From assembly GCA_021740175.1 (NCBI GenBank), contig JAIPAH010000002.1, positions 1-58,272 on the forward strand: a DNA stretch of 58,272 nucleotides. The letters run 5' to 3'. The notes under the pieces were generated by a model. The model was not told the origin of the DNA, did not search any database, and saw only the letters and a list, made by a program, of their open reading frames with translations. Below are positions 48,202 through 56,472 of this stretch, one piece after another. A program made the position numbers and the translations under genes. Each line of letters begins with the position of its first letter. Position 1 is the first letter of the stretch. The stretch comes from Bacteroidales bacterium (GTDB lineage Bacteria > Bacteroidota > Bacteroidia > Bacteroidales > JAIPAH01).

Positions 48202-50817
48202 TCACAAAATATCCGCCTTCACTCCAACCCTGAAAACCCTTGGCCTGGGGTACTGCAAATAATCAACTCCCGATGGCACCTCGGGGTCAAGGCCTTTGTA
48301 ATCGGTAATTGTAAACACATTCTGTATCGAACCGTAAATTTTTAAATTCATCTTCCCTGTGTAAAGATTTTTCAGATCATATCCTATTGTTAACCGGTCA
48401 ATCTTAAGAAAAGAAGCATCTTCCAGGTAATGATTGGAAAACACCTGTCTTTGATCAAAATGCTGATAGTTCGCTGTCAGATTTTGCAAATAGCCATCTT
48501 CATGATATAGATTTGTATATGATGAGTGATAAGAGCCCACATTGTTGTAAACATGATTACCTGACCATATTCTGCCCGCGAAACTGAATTCAAAGTCTTT
48601 GTAATTGAAATCGGAATAGAATCCAAGTACTAAATCCGGTGATACGTTTTGAGAAATGTGTCTGTCTTCAATATTAATGACTCCATCGCCGTTTTGATCC
48701 ACATATTCTCCTTCAATGGGTTCCCCGTTGTTATCGTATTTTTGCTCATACAGGTAATACGAGTCAATAGCATGCCCGGGGTTAAGTATCAGAACATCTG
48801 CATTTAATCCCCCTCCTTTGATAGCACCATATGTCAGGGATGTCTCGCTGCGTGATTCGTTTTTTAGCGATTCAATCTTATTGGTATTGGCAGTCAAATT
48901 AATTCCTGCATGCCACTGTAAGTCCTTCTGACGTAAAGGGTACCCATTGAGGTTCAATTCAACTCCTTTATTTATAACTGTTCTATTTATAACTGTCAAG
49001 TAATTGGCAAATCTATCCGTTTCGCGCTGATACCAATTGAAGCTTCCGGCGATTCTATTACTTAACATGCTGAAAGTTAATCCGGCACTTAAAGATGATG
49101 TTTTGGGATATCCTTTATTCGCATCATTATCGTACATAAATAGAAAATTTGTAGCTAGACGACCTGATGCTCCATAACTTGCATAAAGCTTAAACTGATT
49201 TATAAGTCCATCGGAATTGAAAAACGGTTCCCGGTCCATTCGCCAGGAAAGGGAACCCCCCGGATAGTTGGCGTAAGACTCCGTCCCGTAAAAAACTGAA
49301 TTCCAATCACGGCTGAAAGCCATTTGAAGGAAATACCTGTTTTTAAGGTCATAATTTAGTTGAGCAAACACCGAGGAGTAAGTATATTCTTCGTCTTCTA
49401 ACTCCGGTAAAAAGGAATACTGATGATTTGTTATAATCTGATTCTCATATCCTGCCTTAAAATTAATGTCGGAATTGATAGCAGCAAAGGATTCAGAATA
49501 AGTAAGGCTTCCCCTGAAAAATTGATCGGATTGTTGTGTCGTATCTTTCGAGAGGGACATGTTCTGGGAATGATTCGATGACCAGCGCCGGTCAATTCTT
49601 TGAGTTTTACGATCCATGTAGCTGTATTGAACGTTTGCAGTAAGTTCAGGAATCGAATGAATTTGATAATTCAGCCCCAGGTTAAAATAAGCTCTGTGTC
49701 CCTGTTTGATTTCGGCTGTCACTTCATTAAATCTCTTTGGATTTCTTGGTAAGTCGACGAAGTAAGCATTACTATTGCGATCGTATTCACTATACACAGG
49801 TTGCGTCGGATTAAACATTAATGCGTGTTGTAATGAATTCACATTCCTGGGGCTGCCGTAATGGTATTGCAATGGGTTGTGGCTGTCCATATACAAACCC
49901 CTCATGTTGATATCGGTTTTCAGGTGGTTATCAAAAAATGACGGGGTGAATCTTAATGAGGCAGTCGTTCGGGAGAGGTTTGTGGTATTGAGGGTTCCCT
50001 GTTGGTCATCAAACCCAATAGAAGCCCTGAAAGGTAGAGAAATAGACTTGAGATGACCTGAGACTCCCAGATAATGCTTATGACCGATTCCCTGGCGGAA
50101 AATTTTGTCCTGCCATGGCGTATTGGTATTTCCAAGCAGATTTAAGACCGTGTCATTATTCGGGTAGCGCTCCCGTACGAGGCTTTCGAATTTATTGGCT
50201 CCCATAACCGGGATAGACGAAGGATTGGTGTTTAGAGACATTTCGCCCTTGTAGCTTAATTGAAAGGATTCATTTTGCGAAGGTTTTTTTGTGTTGATCA
50301 AAATCACCCCGTTGGCACCCCTCGATCCATAACGGGTTACATCGGCCCCATCTTTAAGAACAGTGATGCTCTCAATATCATTTGAATTCAAATAGAGAAG
50401 AGCATTATTTTCAGTATAAAAATTTTCTTCATCGTAAACCGCTCCGTCAATCACAAATAATGGAAGATTTAACCCGCTGGTAGTCGAGGCTCCCCTGATG
50501 TTGAAGTTATAATCACTACCCGGGTATCCGTTAATACGGCTCAAAGACAGCCCCGGAACACGGGCTTGTAACAAATCCATTACCGAAACAAACGTCCCTT
50601 TATTAAAGTCTTTTTTTGTAAGCGTTACCGCTGAGGGACTTTTCCATTGACATGAGTCTGGTTCAATGGAATCCGGGGAGTCTTCTTCAGATCCTTTTTG
50701 TGACAAAAGGGTGTCTTTAAATACGTAAGTGTTGATTGAGTAACTGCTTAGTGAGTTTATTAAAATACCGGAAAGTATCAAGCAGATGACGGTTAAAAAG
50801 GATTTAGTTTTTTTCAT
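48202..50817 (-). CDS. TonB-dependent outer-membrane receptor
   Basis: Signal peptide. Plug-domain motifs (VPGLSL.R, FNIRGASTTSG, PLFVIDG, ESITVLKD, RGANGVILI). Long beta-barrel region. Confidence 0.85.
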   Translation of the reverse strand: MKKTKSFLTVICLILSGILINSLSSYSINTYVFKDTLLSQKGSEEDSPDSIEPDSCQWKSPSAVTLTKKDFNKGTFVSVMDLLQARVPGLSLSRINGYPGSDYNFNIRGASTTSGLNLPLFVIDGAVYDEENFYTENNALLYLNSNDIESITVLKDGADVTRYGSRGANGVILINTKKPSQNESFQLSYKGEMSLNTNPSSIPVMGANKFESLVRERYPNNDTVLNLLGNTNTPWQDKIFRQGIGHKHYLGVSGHLKSISLPFRASIGFDDQQGTLNTTNLSRTTASLRFTPSFFDNHLKTDINMRGLYMDSHNPLQYHYGSPRNVNSLQHALMFNPTQPVYSEYDRNSNAYFVDLPRNPKRFNEVTAEIKQGHRAYFNLGLNYQIHSIPELTANVQYSYMDRKTQRIDRRWSSNHSQNMSLSKDTTQQSDQFFRGSLTYSESFAAINSDINFKAGYENQIITNHQYSFLPELEDEEYTYSSVFAQLNYDLKNRYFLQMAFSRDWNSVFYGTESYANYPGGSLSWRMDREPFFNSDGLINQFKLYASYGASGRLATNFLFMYDNDANKGYPKTSSLSAGLTFSMLSNRIAGSFNWYQRETDRFANYLTVINRTVINKGVELNLNGYPLRQKDLQWHAGINLTANTNKIESLKNESRSETSLTYGAIKGGGLNADVLILNPGHAIDSYYLYEQKYDNNGEPIEGEYVDQNGDGVINIEDRHISQNVSPDLVLGFYSDFNYKDFEFSFAGRIWSGNHVYNNVGSYHSSYTNLYHEDGYLQNLTANYQHFDQRQVFSNHYLEDASFLKIDRLTIGYDLKNLYTGKMNLKIYGSIQNVFTITDYKGLDPEVPSGVDYLQYPRPRVFRVGVKADIL

Positions 50818-50968
50818 AATCTTAGTTTTATATTGAATTCCTGATTCAGAATAGCTTTCTTATAAAAACCAATTTATTTTTATCAAATATAAAAAATATC
50901 TATTCAAAATTCAATTATTCCAGCAATTTTCACTGATTTCGCAAGCTGTCCAAAAAGCCTTATAAGAT

Positions 50969-51021
50969 GATATTCAGCAACTTTTACCCTTAAATTCCCT
51001 GAAGGGAAGTTGCTGAATATC
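50969..51021. repeat. 15-bp-stem nested hairpin upstream of the TonB receptor gene
   Basis: GATATTCAGCAACTT (50969-83) pairs with AAGTTGCTGAATATC (51007-21). The loop contains TTTTACCCTTAA and the inner hairpin TTCCCTGAAGGGAA. Confidence 0.6.
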
Positions 51022-51204
51022 ACTGAATTTCATTTTTTAGTCGGGCTTTACAAAGGTACTTTAACGTTAATTTTTTACCTTTTTGGACAGCTTCCAAAGG
51101 ATATTATAATAAGAAAGACAACCATTTACAACAAGTTGTCATTGGTAGAAAAATATCAAATCTCAAAAAAGCACCAAAACACAAATCCCAACATACTTTT
51201 AATC

Positions 51205-51322
51205 AAAACCTGCCCCCTCAATCACCCCACAAGGCCTTCTCCAAGAGCTGGCAGGTTGTTGCTCCTGACCTTCCAGCTTTCTGCGTGGGCAGTGCGCGTG
51301 GAAGAAGGTGGAAGGTCAGGCC
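51205..51322 (+). repeat. Copy A of a roughly 115-bp two-hairpin repeat
   Basis: AACCTGCC (51207-14) pairs with GGCAGGTT (51250-57). CCTGACCTTCCA (51264-75) pairs with TGGAAGGTCAGG (51309-20). Homologous to 52279-52393. Confidence 0.7.
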
Positions 51323-51357
51323 ACAGGTTACCACTTTATCATAGCTTTGGTGATTTA

Positions 51358-51756
51358 TCAGGACTTTAGATATTTTCGGACGCGTTGGATAAACGTCTTC
51401 ATATCTATGTATAATGCTTCAACTTCCTCTTTATCGAGCTGGCTCATCGGTTCATAATCACCTTCTATACGATACTGGTAAGCTTTGCGTAATATTTTAC
51501 CATATATTTTGTCAAACAAACCGGTATGGATGAATTCTTTGTTGAACCATCCAATTAATTGCTGATGTTTTGAAGTTTTGAATTCATATTTAAGGGCAAG
51601 GGCCATTACTGCATAAAATATCCCATAATATATCCTGCTGGTCGCAGCTCTCAATTTATCGGCATTCAATAAAATACTAACTTCTTCAACTGATTCTTCA
51701 GCCTGACTCAGGCGATAATCAATGAGTTCATTTCGCTCCTCTTCATTTAAACTCAT
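51358..51756 (-). CDS. HEPN-domain protein (toxin partner of MNT)
   Basis: 132 aa. ..AATSRIYYGIFYAVMALA.. and ..YQYRIEGDY.. are typical of HEPN proteins paired with minimal nucleotidyltransferases. ATGA-type overlap with the upstream MNT gene. Confidence 0.8.
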   Translation of the reverse strand: MSLNEEERNELIDYRLSQAEESVEEVSILLNADKLRAATSRIYYGIFYAVMALALKYEFKTSKHQQLIGWFNKEFIHTGLFDKIYGKILRKAYQYRIEGDYEPMSQLDKEEVEALYIDMKTFIQRVRKYLKS

Positions 51757-52082
51757 ACACGTATTCCATTATTCATAGCCTCCGCGAAAACAGGTTGTTT
51801 CCCTCTTAGGGAATTGATATCATGGGTAGATAAAATATGTGTATCTGTCAGGATACCATATTTTAAATCTGTTTCATAACACAATGAAATAACCTCGTCT
51901 TTCAGGTGAGGGGTGATTTCCGAATCAACAATAATCAGGATATCATAATCGGAATGCTTGTCAGTTGTATCATCCAATTGAGAACCAAATAAAATCACTT
52001 CCTTAACAAGCCCGTTAAGTTCTTTATTTAGGATTGTTTTCAGCTCTTTTATGATATCTATATTGTTATCTTTCATTTCCAA
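51753..52082 (-). CDS. Minimal nucleotidyltransferase (MNT) domain protein
   Basis: ILFGSQLDDTTDKHSDYDILIIV contains the GS..(x)..D.D polymerase-beta-type NTase motif. Confidence 0.85.
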   Translation of the reverse strand: MEMKDNNIDIIKELKTILNKELNGLVKEVILFGSQLDDTTDKHSDYDILIIVDSEITPHLKDEVISLCYETDLKYGILTDTHILSTHDINSLRGKQPVFAEAMNNGIRV

Positions 52083-52278
52083 TGTTTGTTTTTGATGACC
52101 ATTACGGTAACCATAACAAAGGTAGGGTGTTTTTTATTGATATTCAACATCATTTTCTAACCATTCATTGAATAAAAACAAATTTCCGGTACGATATAAT
52201 AGCAAAGAGAAAATCCCAAAAGAATTCCGATATAATATTCCCGGGTCTCGGGCCCGATGTTCTATATCCGGACTAAAA

Positions 52279-52393
52279 AAAACCTGCCACCTCAATCGTT
52301 CCGCAAGGCTATCTCCAAGATCTGGCAGGTTGTTGCACATGACCTTCCAGCTTTCTGGGCGGGCACCGCGGGTGGGATAAGATGGAAGGTCTT
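52279..52393 (+). repeat. Copy B of the roughly 115-bp two-hairpin repeat
   Basis: AACCTGCC (52281-88) pairs with GGCAGGTT (52324-31). GACCTTCCA (52341-49) pairs with TGGAAGGTC (52383-91). Same orientation as copy A. Confidence 0.7.
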
Positions 52394-52531
52394 TGTTGAG
52401 CATATCCATAACACCACATCAAAAGCTGCATGTAGCTTCGGCTTTCTTCCAATTGCTTTTACAAAAATGTTTCTTATATTTACAGTTCAACAAACAACTG
52501 AATCTTAACCACATCACAAACAATCTGCATC

Positions 52532-52768
52532 ATGAGCAACCCGGACTTAGGCCATATCCAAATCGTGGAACCACACGAACTCTGGAAAAACGAAGCCAGG
52601 GACTTCACCCCGTGGCTCGCCGAAAACGCCCAGCAACTCTCCGAAGCCATTGGAATTCCCATTGAGATTGATAGTACCGAGAAAAGCGTCCTGAACGACG
52701 AAAACTACAAAAAGGAACTCTTCGATACTAAAAAAGCCCCTGATTACTCAGAGGCTTTAATTTCTTAA
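52532..52768 (+). pseudogene. Internally deleted copy of the PD-(D/E)XK/DUF4268-type gene (5' 50 codons fused to a short 3' segment)
   Basis: MSNPDLGHIQIVEPHELWKNEARDFTPWLAENAQQLSEAIGIPIEIDSTEK is followed directly by SVLNDENYKKELF. That segment matches residues RVLNDENYKKELF near the C-terminus of 54587..55540. Confidence 0.7.
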
Positions 52769-52858
52769 ACTTGATTACGTTTCCCGAAGGAAAGAGGCTT
52801 AATCAAGCATAACAGTACAAAGATATAACATATAAGTATGATATGCAAGAAATAAAAA

Positions 52859-53542
52859 ATGGATTATACAAAGCTGGAATATTATCTATCTAAACCAAGA
52901 CTCAATAGGTTTCTGCAAGCCACAGGCTCACATTCTAAAGCGCAAAAGCTCTACAGGATTAATCTCAGAGTTTCTCAAGAATTTTATCCTGTCCTTAACT
53001 TATTTGAAATTTTTTTCAGAAATACGGTTTATCAATGCGTTGCTATATATTTCTCAAACCCAAATTGGATCATTACTGAAAAGTCGGGTTTTATGAGTGA
53101 TCAAAGCCTTTCATCATCCAATTATTTTCTAAAGAAAAGTGTACAAAAAGCTGAACGTGCAATAAGACGAAAGGGGAGCCCCATTACGGCAGGAAAAGTT
53201 GTTGCCGAGCAGTCATTGGGATTCTGGACCAGCCTTTATGACCCACATCATTACCGGCTTGTAGGTGGTTCCCCTATACAGGGTTTCCCCAACAAACCAG
53301 CATATGCCAACAGAAGGTTTATAAATCAAAAACTTAATATTATACGTGAGTTTCGTAACCGTGTGTATCACAATGAGCCCATCTGCTTTAACAATGTGCA
53401 TGTGGAATTTTCTCACGCAAAACACATTGAAGATGAAATATATGATTTGCTCAATTGGATTGACTCAGATTTGACAAAATACGTAGATTACTTTAATGAC
53501 ATAGATTCTAAAATTAATCTCGTCAATAAAATCTTTCCTTAA
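52859..53542 (+). CDS. Abi-like (Abi_2, AbiD/AbiF family) protein
   Basis: LSKPRLNRFLQATGSHSKAQKLYRINLRVSQEFYPVLNLFEIFFRNTV and REFRNRVYHNEPI match the Abi_2 pattern (S..R...Y.....a..lY..N..ls.a......lEi.lRN ... R.lRN...H.e.i). Confidence 0.75.
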   Translation: MDYTKLEYYLSKPRLNRFLQATGSHSKAQKLYRINLRVSQEFYPVLNLFEIFFRNTVYQCVAIYFSNPNWIITEKSGFMSDQSLSSSNYFLKKSVQKAERAIRRKGSPITAGKVVAEQSLGFWTSLYDPHHYRLVGGSPIQGFPNKPAYANRRFINQKLNIIREFRNRVYHNEPICFNNVHVEFSHAKHIEDEIYDLLNWIDSDLTKYVDYFNDIDSKINLVNKIFP

Positions 53543-53656
53543 AATTGATTTGCTATTTAGGGCGAAATCCATACATTCAACCCACCAAATCGTTCCTTCC
53601 AAATTGCCTTTCCGAAAACATTTCTTATATTTATAGTTTAACAAATAACCTGCATC

Positions 53657-53905
53657 ATGAGAAGCCCGGACTTAGGAAATATCAAAATCGTCGAAGCCCG
53701 CGAACTATGGAAGGACGAAGCCAGGGACTTCACCCCGTGGCTCGCTGAAAATGCCCGGCAACTTTCCGAAGTCATTGGAATTCCCATTGAGATTGATAGT
53801 ACGGAGAATAAGGTCGGAGTTTTCAATCTTAATATCGATAGTAAACTAAAGGACTTAAAAAATGAATTTGTTATAAAGGTGATCGCAAAATGCGATAGCC
53901 TTTAA
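53657..53905 (+). pseudogene. Truncated 5' copy of the PD-(D/E)XK/DUF4268-type gene
   Basis: MRSPDLGNIKIVEARELWKDEARDFTPWLAENARQLSEVIGIPIEIDSTENKVGVFNLNID, then unrelated sequence and a stop before the nuclease core. Confidence 0.7.
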
Positions 53906-53923
53906 TCCGATAAAGCATACCTT

Positions 53924-54451
53924 ATGGAAAATAAAAGCATTATACCAACAGAAAGAATTTACAAGGCCATAGTAATTATTCGGGGACAAAAAGTAATGCT
54001 GGATAGTGACCTGGCCGAAATATTTGGAGTTACAACAAGCAGACTAAATGAACAGGTAAAACGAAACAAAAAACGATTTCCGAAGGATTTCATGTTGCAA
54101 CTGACAAACGGAGAAAAGCTGGAGGTGATCGCAAATTGCGATCACCTCGAAAAGTTGAAATATTCAAACACAAACCCTTATGCCTTCACCGAACATGGAA
54201 CTATCATGCTGGCCAATGTATTGAATACAGATACCGCCATTCAAACAAGTGTATTAATCGTGCGGGCATTTGTTAAATTAAGAGAAATTCTGTCGACACA
54301 TAAAGACCTTGAACGCAAAATCTATGAACTGGAATCCAAATACGACAAACAGTTCAAAATGATTTTTAAAGCAATAAGAGAATTAATGCAAGAAGAAGAA
54401 CCTGATAAAAACAGGCCAAAAATAGGCTATAAAACTGGAGGGGAAGATTAA
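53924..54451 (+). CDS. ORF6N-domain (KilA-N-like) DNA-binding protein
   Basis: IRGQKVMLDSDLAEIFGVTTSRLNEQVKRNKKRFPKDFMLQLT and NPYAFTEHGTIMLANVLN match the ORF6N signature. Confidence 0.8.
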   Translation: MENKSIIPTERIYKAIVIIRGQKVMLDSDLAEIFGVTTSRLNEQVKRNKKRFPKDFMLQLTNGEKLEVIANCDHLEKLKYSNTNPYAFTEHGTIMLANVLNTDTAIQTSVLIVRAFVKLREILSTHKDLERKIYELESKYDKQFKMIFKAIRELMQEEEPDKNRPKIGYKTGGED

Positions 54452-54586
54452 AACAGAAACTATAACGGGGAAATGCTACAATCCAAAATTACACCATGTA
54501 TCAGTGATTGCCTTACCCAAAAGTTTTGTTATATTTACGGTTTAACAAATCACTGAGTCTTAACCATATTATCAAAAACCTGCATC

Positions 54587-55540
54587 ATGAGCAATCCGGA
54601 CTTAGGCCATATCAAAATCATAGACGCCCACGAACTATGGAAAAACGAAGCCAGGGATTTCACCCCTTGGCTCGCTGATAACGCCCAACAACTTTCCGAA
54701 GCTATCGGAATTCCCATTGAAATTGATAGTACGGAAAAGGATGTGGGGGATTTTAACCTTGATATCTATGGCACGATCGAAGGAACCGATAAACGCGTGG
54801 CCATAGAAAACCAGCTCGAATACAGCGACCATAAACACCTGGGACAGATTATTACATACGCTGCCGGATTGGACGCTTCGGTGGTGATATGGATAACACC
54901 CAACATCCGTCAGGAACACAAGGATGCCGTAGACTGGCTGAATGACATCTCCAGCGATGAGGTGTCGTTTTTCCTCGTGCGGCCAGAGGTGCTGCGTATC
55001 GACCAGTCCAAACCGGCGGCACGATTTATCGTGGAGGCCCAGCCCAGCGATTTCCTGAACAAGGTCAAGCAGTTTCTCGGAACCGAAGAAGGACCCCGCC
55101 ACCGCTACCGACGCCAGTTCTGGCAGGAATTCCTGGATTACCTCGCCAAAAATGGCGTGGATTGGGCTAAAAACCGGAAGACTACTAAAGATACCTGGCT
55201 ATACAGCGCCGGTGGAAAAACTGGTGTCAGCGCAAACATTGCTATGGCACAGAATAATCAAATAAGAGTGGAGATATACCTAGACAACCCGGAAACCGAA
55301 ATAAACCAAAAACGCTATCAGATATTACTTGATAACAAAGATAAGGTTGAGGAAGCCCTGGGCACTAAAAATCTCTCATGGGAGCCGCTTGGCAACAGGA
55401 AAGCTTCCCGCGTGGCCGTATACCGAGATCACGACAAAGAACGCGTCCTGAACGACGAAAACTATAAAAAGGAACTATTCGCCTGGCTGATGAAACATCT
55501 GATGATTATGCGGAAATTGGCGAGAGAGGTGTTGGGGTGA
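54587..55540 (+). CDS. Full-length PD-(D/E)XK-like / DUF4268-type protein
   Basis: 317 aa. FNLDIYG...RVAIENQLEYSDHKHLGQIITYAAG is a D...E.Q nuclease-like core. The C-terminal region is of the kind annotated DUF4268, from memory. Confidence 0.7.
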   Translation: MSNPDLGHIKIIDAHELWKNEARDFTPWLADNAQQLSEAIGIPIEIDSTEKDVGDFNLDIYGTIEGTDKRVAIENQLEYSDHKHLGQIITYAAGLDASVVIWITPNIRQEHKDAVDWLNDISSDEVSFFLVRPEVLRIDQSKPAARFIVEAQPSDFLNKVKQFLGTEEGPRHRYRRQFWQEFLDYLAKNGVDWAKNRKTTKDTWLYSAGGKTGVSANIAMAQNNQIRVEIYLDNPETEINQKRYQILLDNKDKVEEALGTKNLSWEPLGNRKASRVAVYRDHDKERVLNDENYKKELFAWLMKHLMIMRKLAREVLG

Positions 55541-55590
55541 GGGATAAAAAATATATGATTTTCAAAATATTTATTTAAATTTGGATTAAA

Positions 55591-56451
55591 ATGCATCTAA
55601 TAGATTTAAATCAAAAAGCTAAACACCGAGAATTAAATCTCCATGAGAGAGACTTATCTAGAATATTTTATAGAAATTGGAGTAAAATCTTTCCTGATTT
55701 AAAACTAATACAAAAAGAATTTACCTTACAAGGTGAGGTAAGAGCAAAGCAAACTAGTGGTAGAATTGATTTTTTCGCTTTTAACCCCTCAGAAAAAAGA
55801 TTTGTTGTTATTGAATTGAAAGTTGAATATGACAAAAACATAAGAAATCAAATATTTGATTATGTAGATTTTATTGAAGATAATCTAGACTTCATTATAA
55901 TGCAATCAAAAAAGATAATATCGGATATTAATATTAACACAAAAAAGCCAATTGAATTAATTTTGATATCAAAATACTTTAAAACAAATGATTACAAACG
56001 AGCAAAAAGTATTAAATATCCAATAAAGCTTATAAAATACAGGTTGTTTAAGAACTACTCACTAATCTTGGAGGAGTTTAACAATATAAATGTGGAAAAG
56101 GAAAATAAATTAGAGATTTCAAATAATAGCCACAAAAAGGAAGAATCATCATATGAATTGGTAAAATTTTGGGAAAAATTTATGGAGCTAAAGGATAAAC
56201 AAATAATAAATATAAACGAGGATTATAAAATAGAAGGTCCCGAACTCATTATTGGACTTGGTAAAATTTATCAAAAATATATCAATGAACAAAAACTTAT
56301 AGAAAATGATTATTATTCACTCAACCATTTAAGAAATCAGCTTATATCTACAGATGCTTTTAATGGAAGAATTAAAAGTGTACGATTTGGTAAAACTGTA
56401 ACATCAGGTTATATATTTGATAAACAAAAAATATTTGACAAATTCGGCTAG
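55591..56451 (+). CDS. PD-(D/E)XK-fold (NucS/DUF91-like) protein with C-terminal extension
   Basis: SGRIDFFAFNPSEKRFVVIELKVEYD contains a D..(x)..E.K motif. The block is very AT-rich compared with the flanking genes. Confidence 0.5.
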   Translation: MHLIDLNQKAKHRELNLHERDLSRIFYRNWSKIFPDLKLIQKEFTLQGEVRAKQTSGRIDFFAFNPSEKRFVVIELKVEYDKNIRNQIFDYVDFIEDNLDFIIMQSKKIISDININTKKPIELILISKYFKTNDYKRAKSIKYPIKLIKYRLFKNYSLILEEFNNINVEKENKLEISNNSHKKEESSYELVKFWEKFMELKDKQIININEDYKIEGPELIIGLGKIYQKYINEQKLIENDYYSLNHLRNQLISTDAFNGRIKSVRFGKTVTSGYIFDKQKIFDKFG

Positions 56452-56472
56452 CATTATTTAATTCGTAGTATT

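Noticed and set aside
51010-51369. 119-aa plus-strand ORF, together with 52134..52409(-), 52168..52380(+) and 52257..52508(+)
   Set aside because: They are drawn across the two copies of the 115-bp structured repeat. The frames differ between the copies while the stems are conserved. No recognisable protein features.
51205-52393. Integron attC sites flanking a TA cassette
   Set aside because: The repeats lack recognisable R''/R' cores (RYYYAAC / GTTRRRY). They have short perfect stems with large loops rather than long imperfect attC stems. No intI gene is in the window. The idea is not fully excluded without a covariance-model scan.
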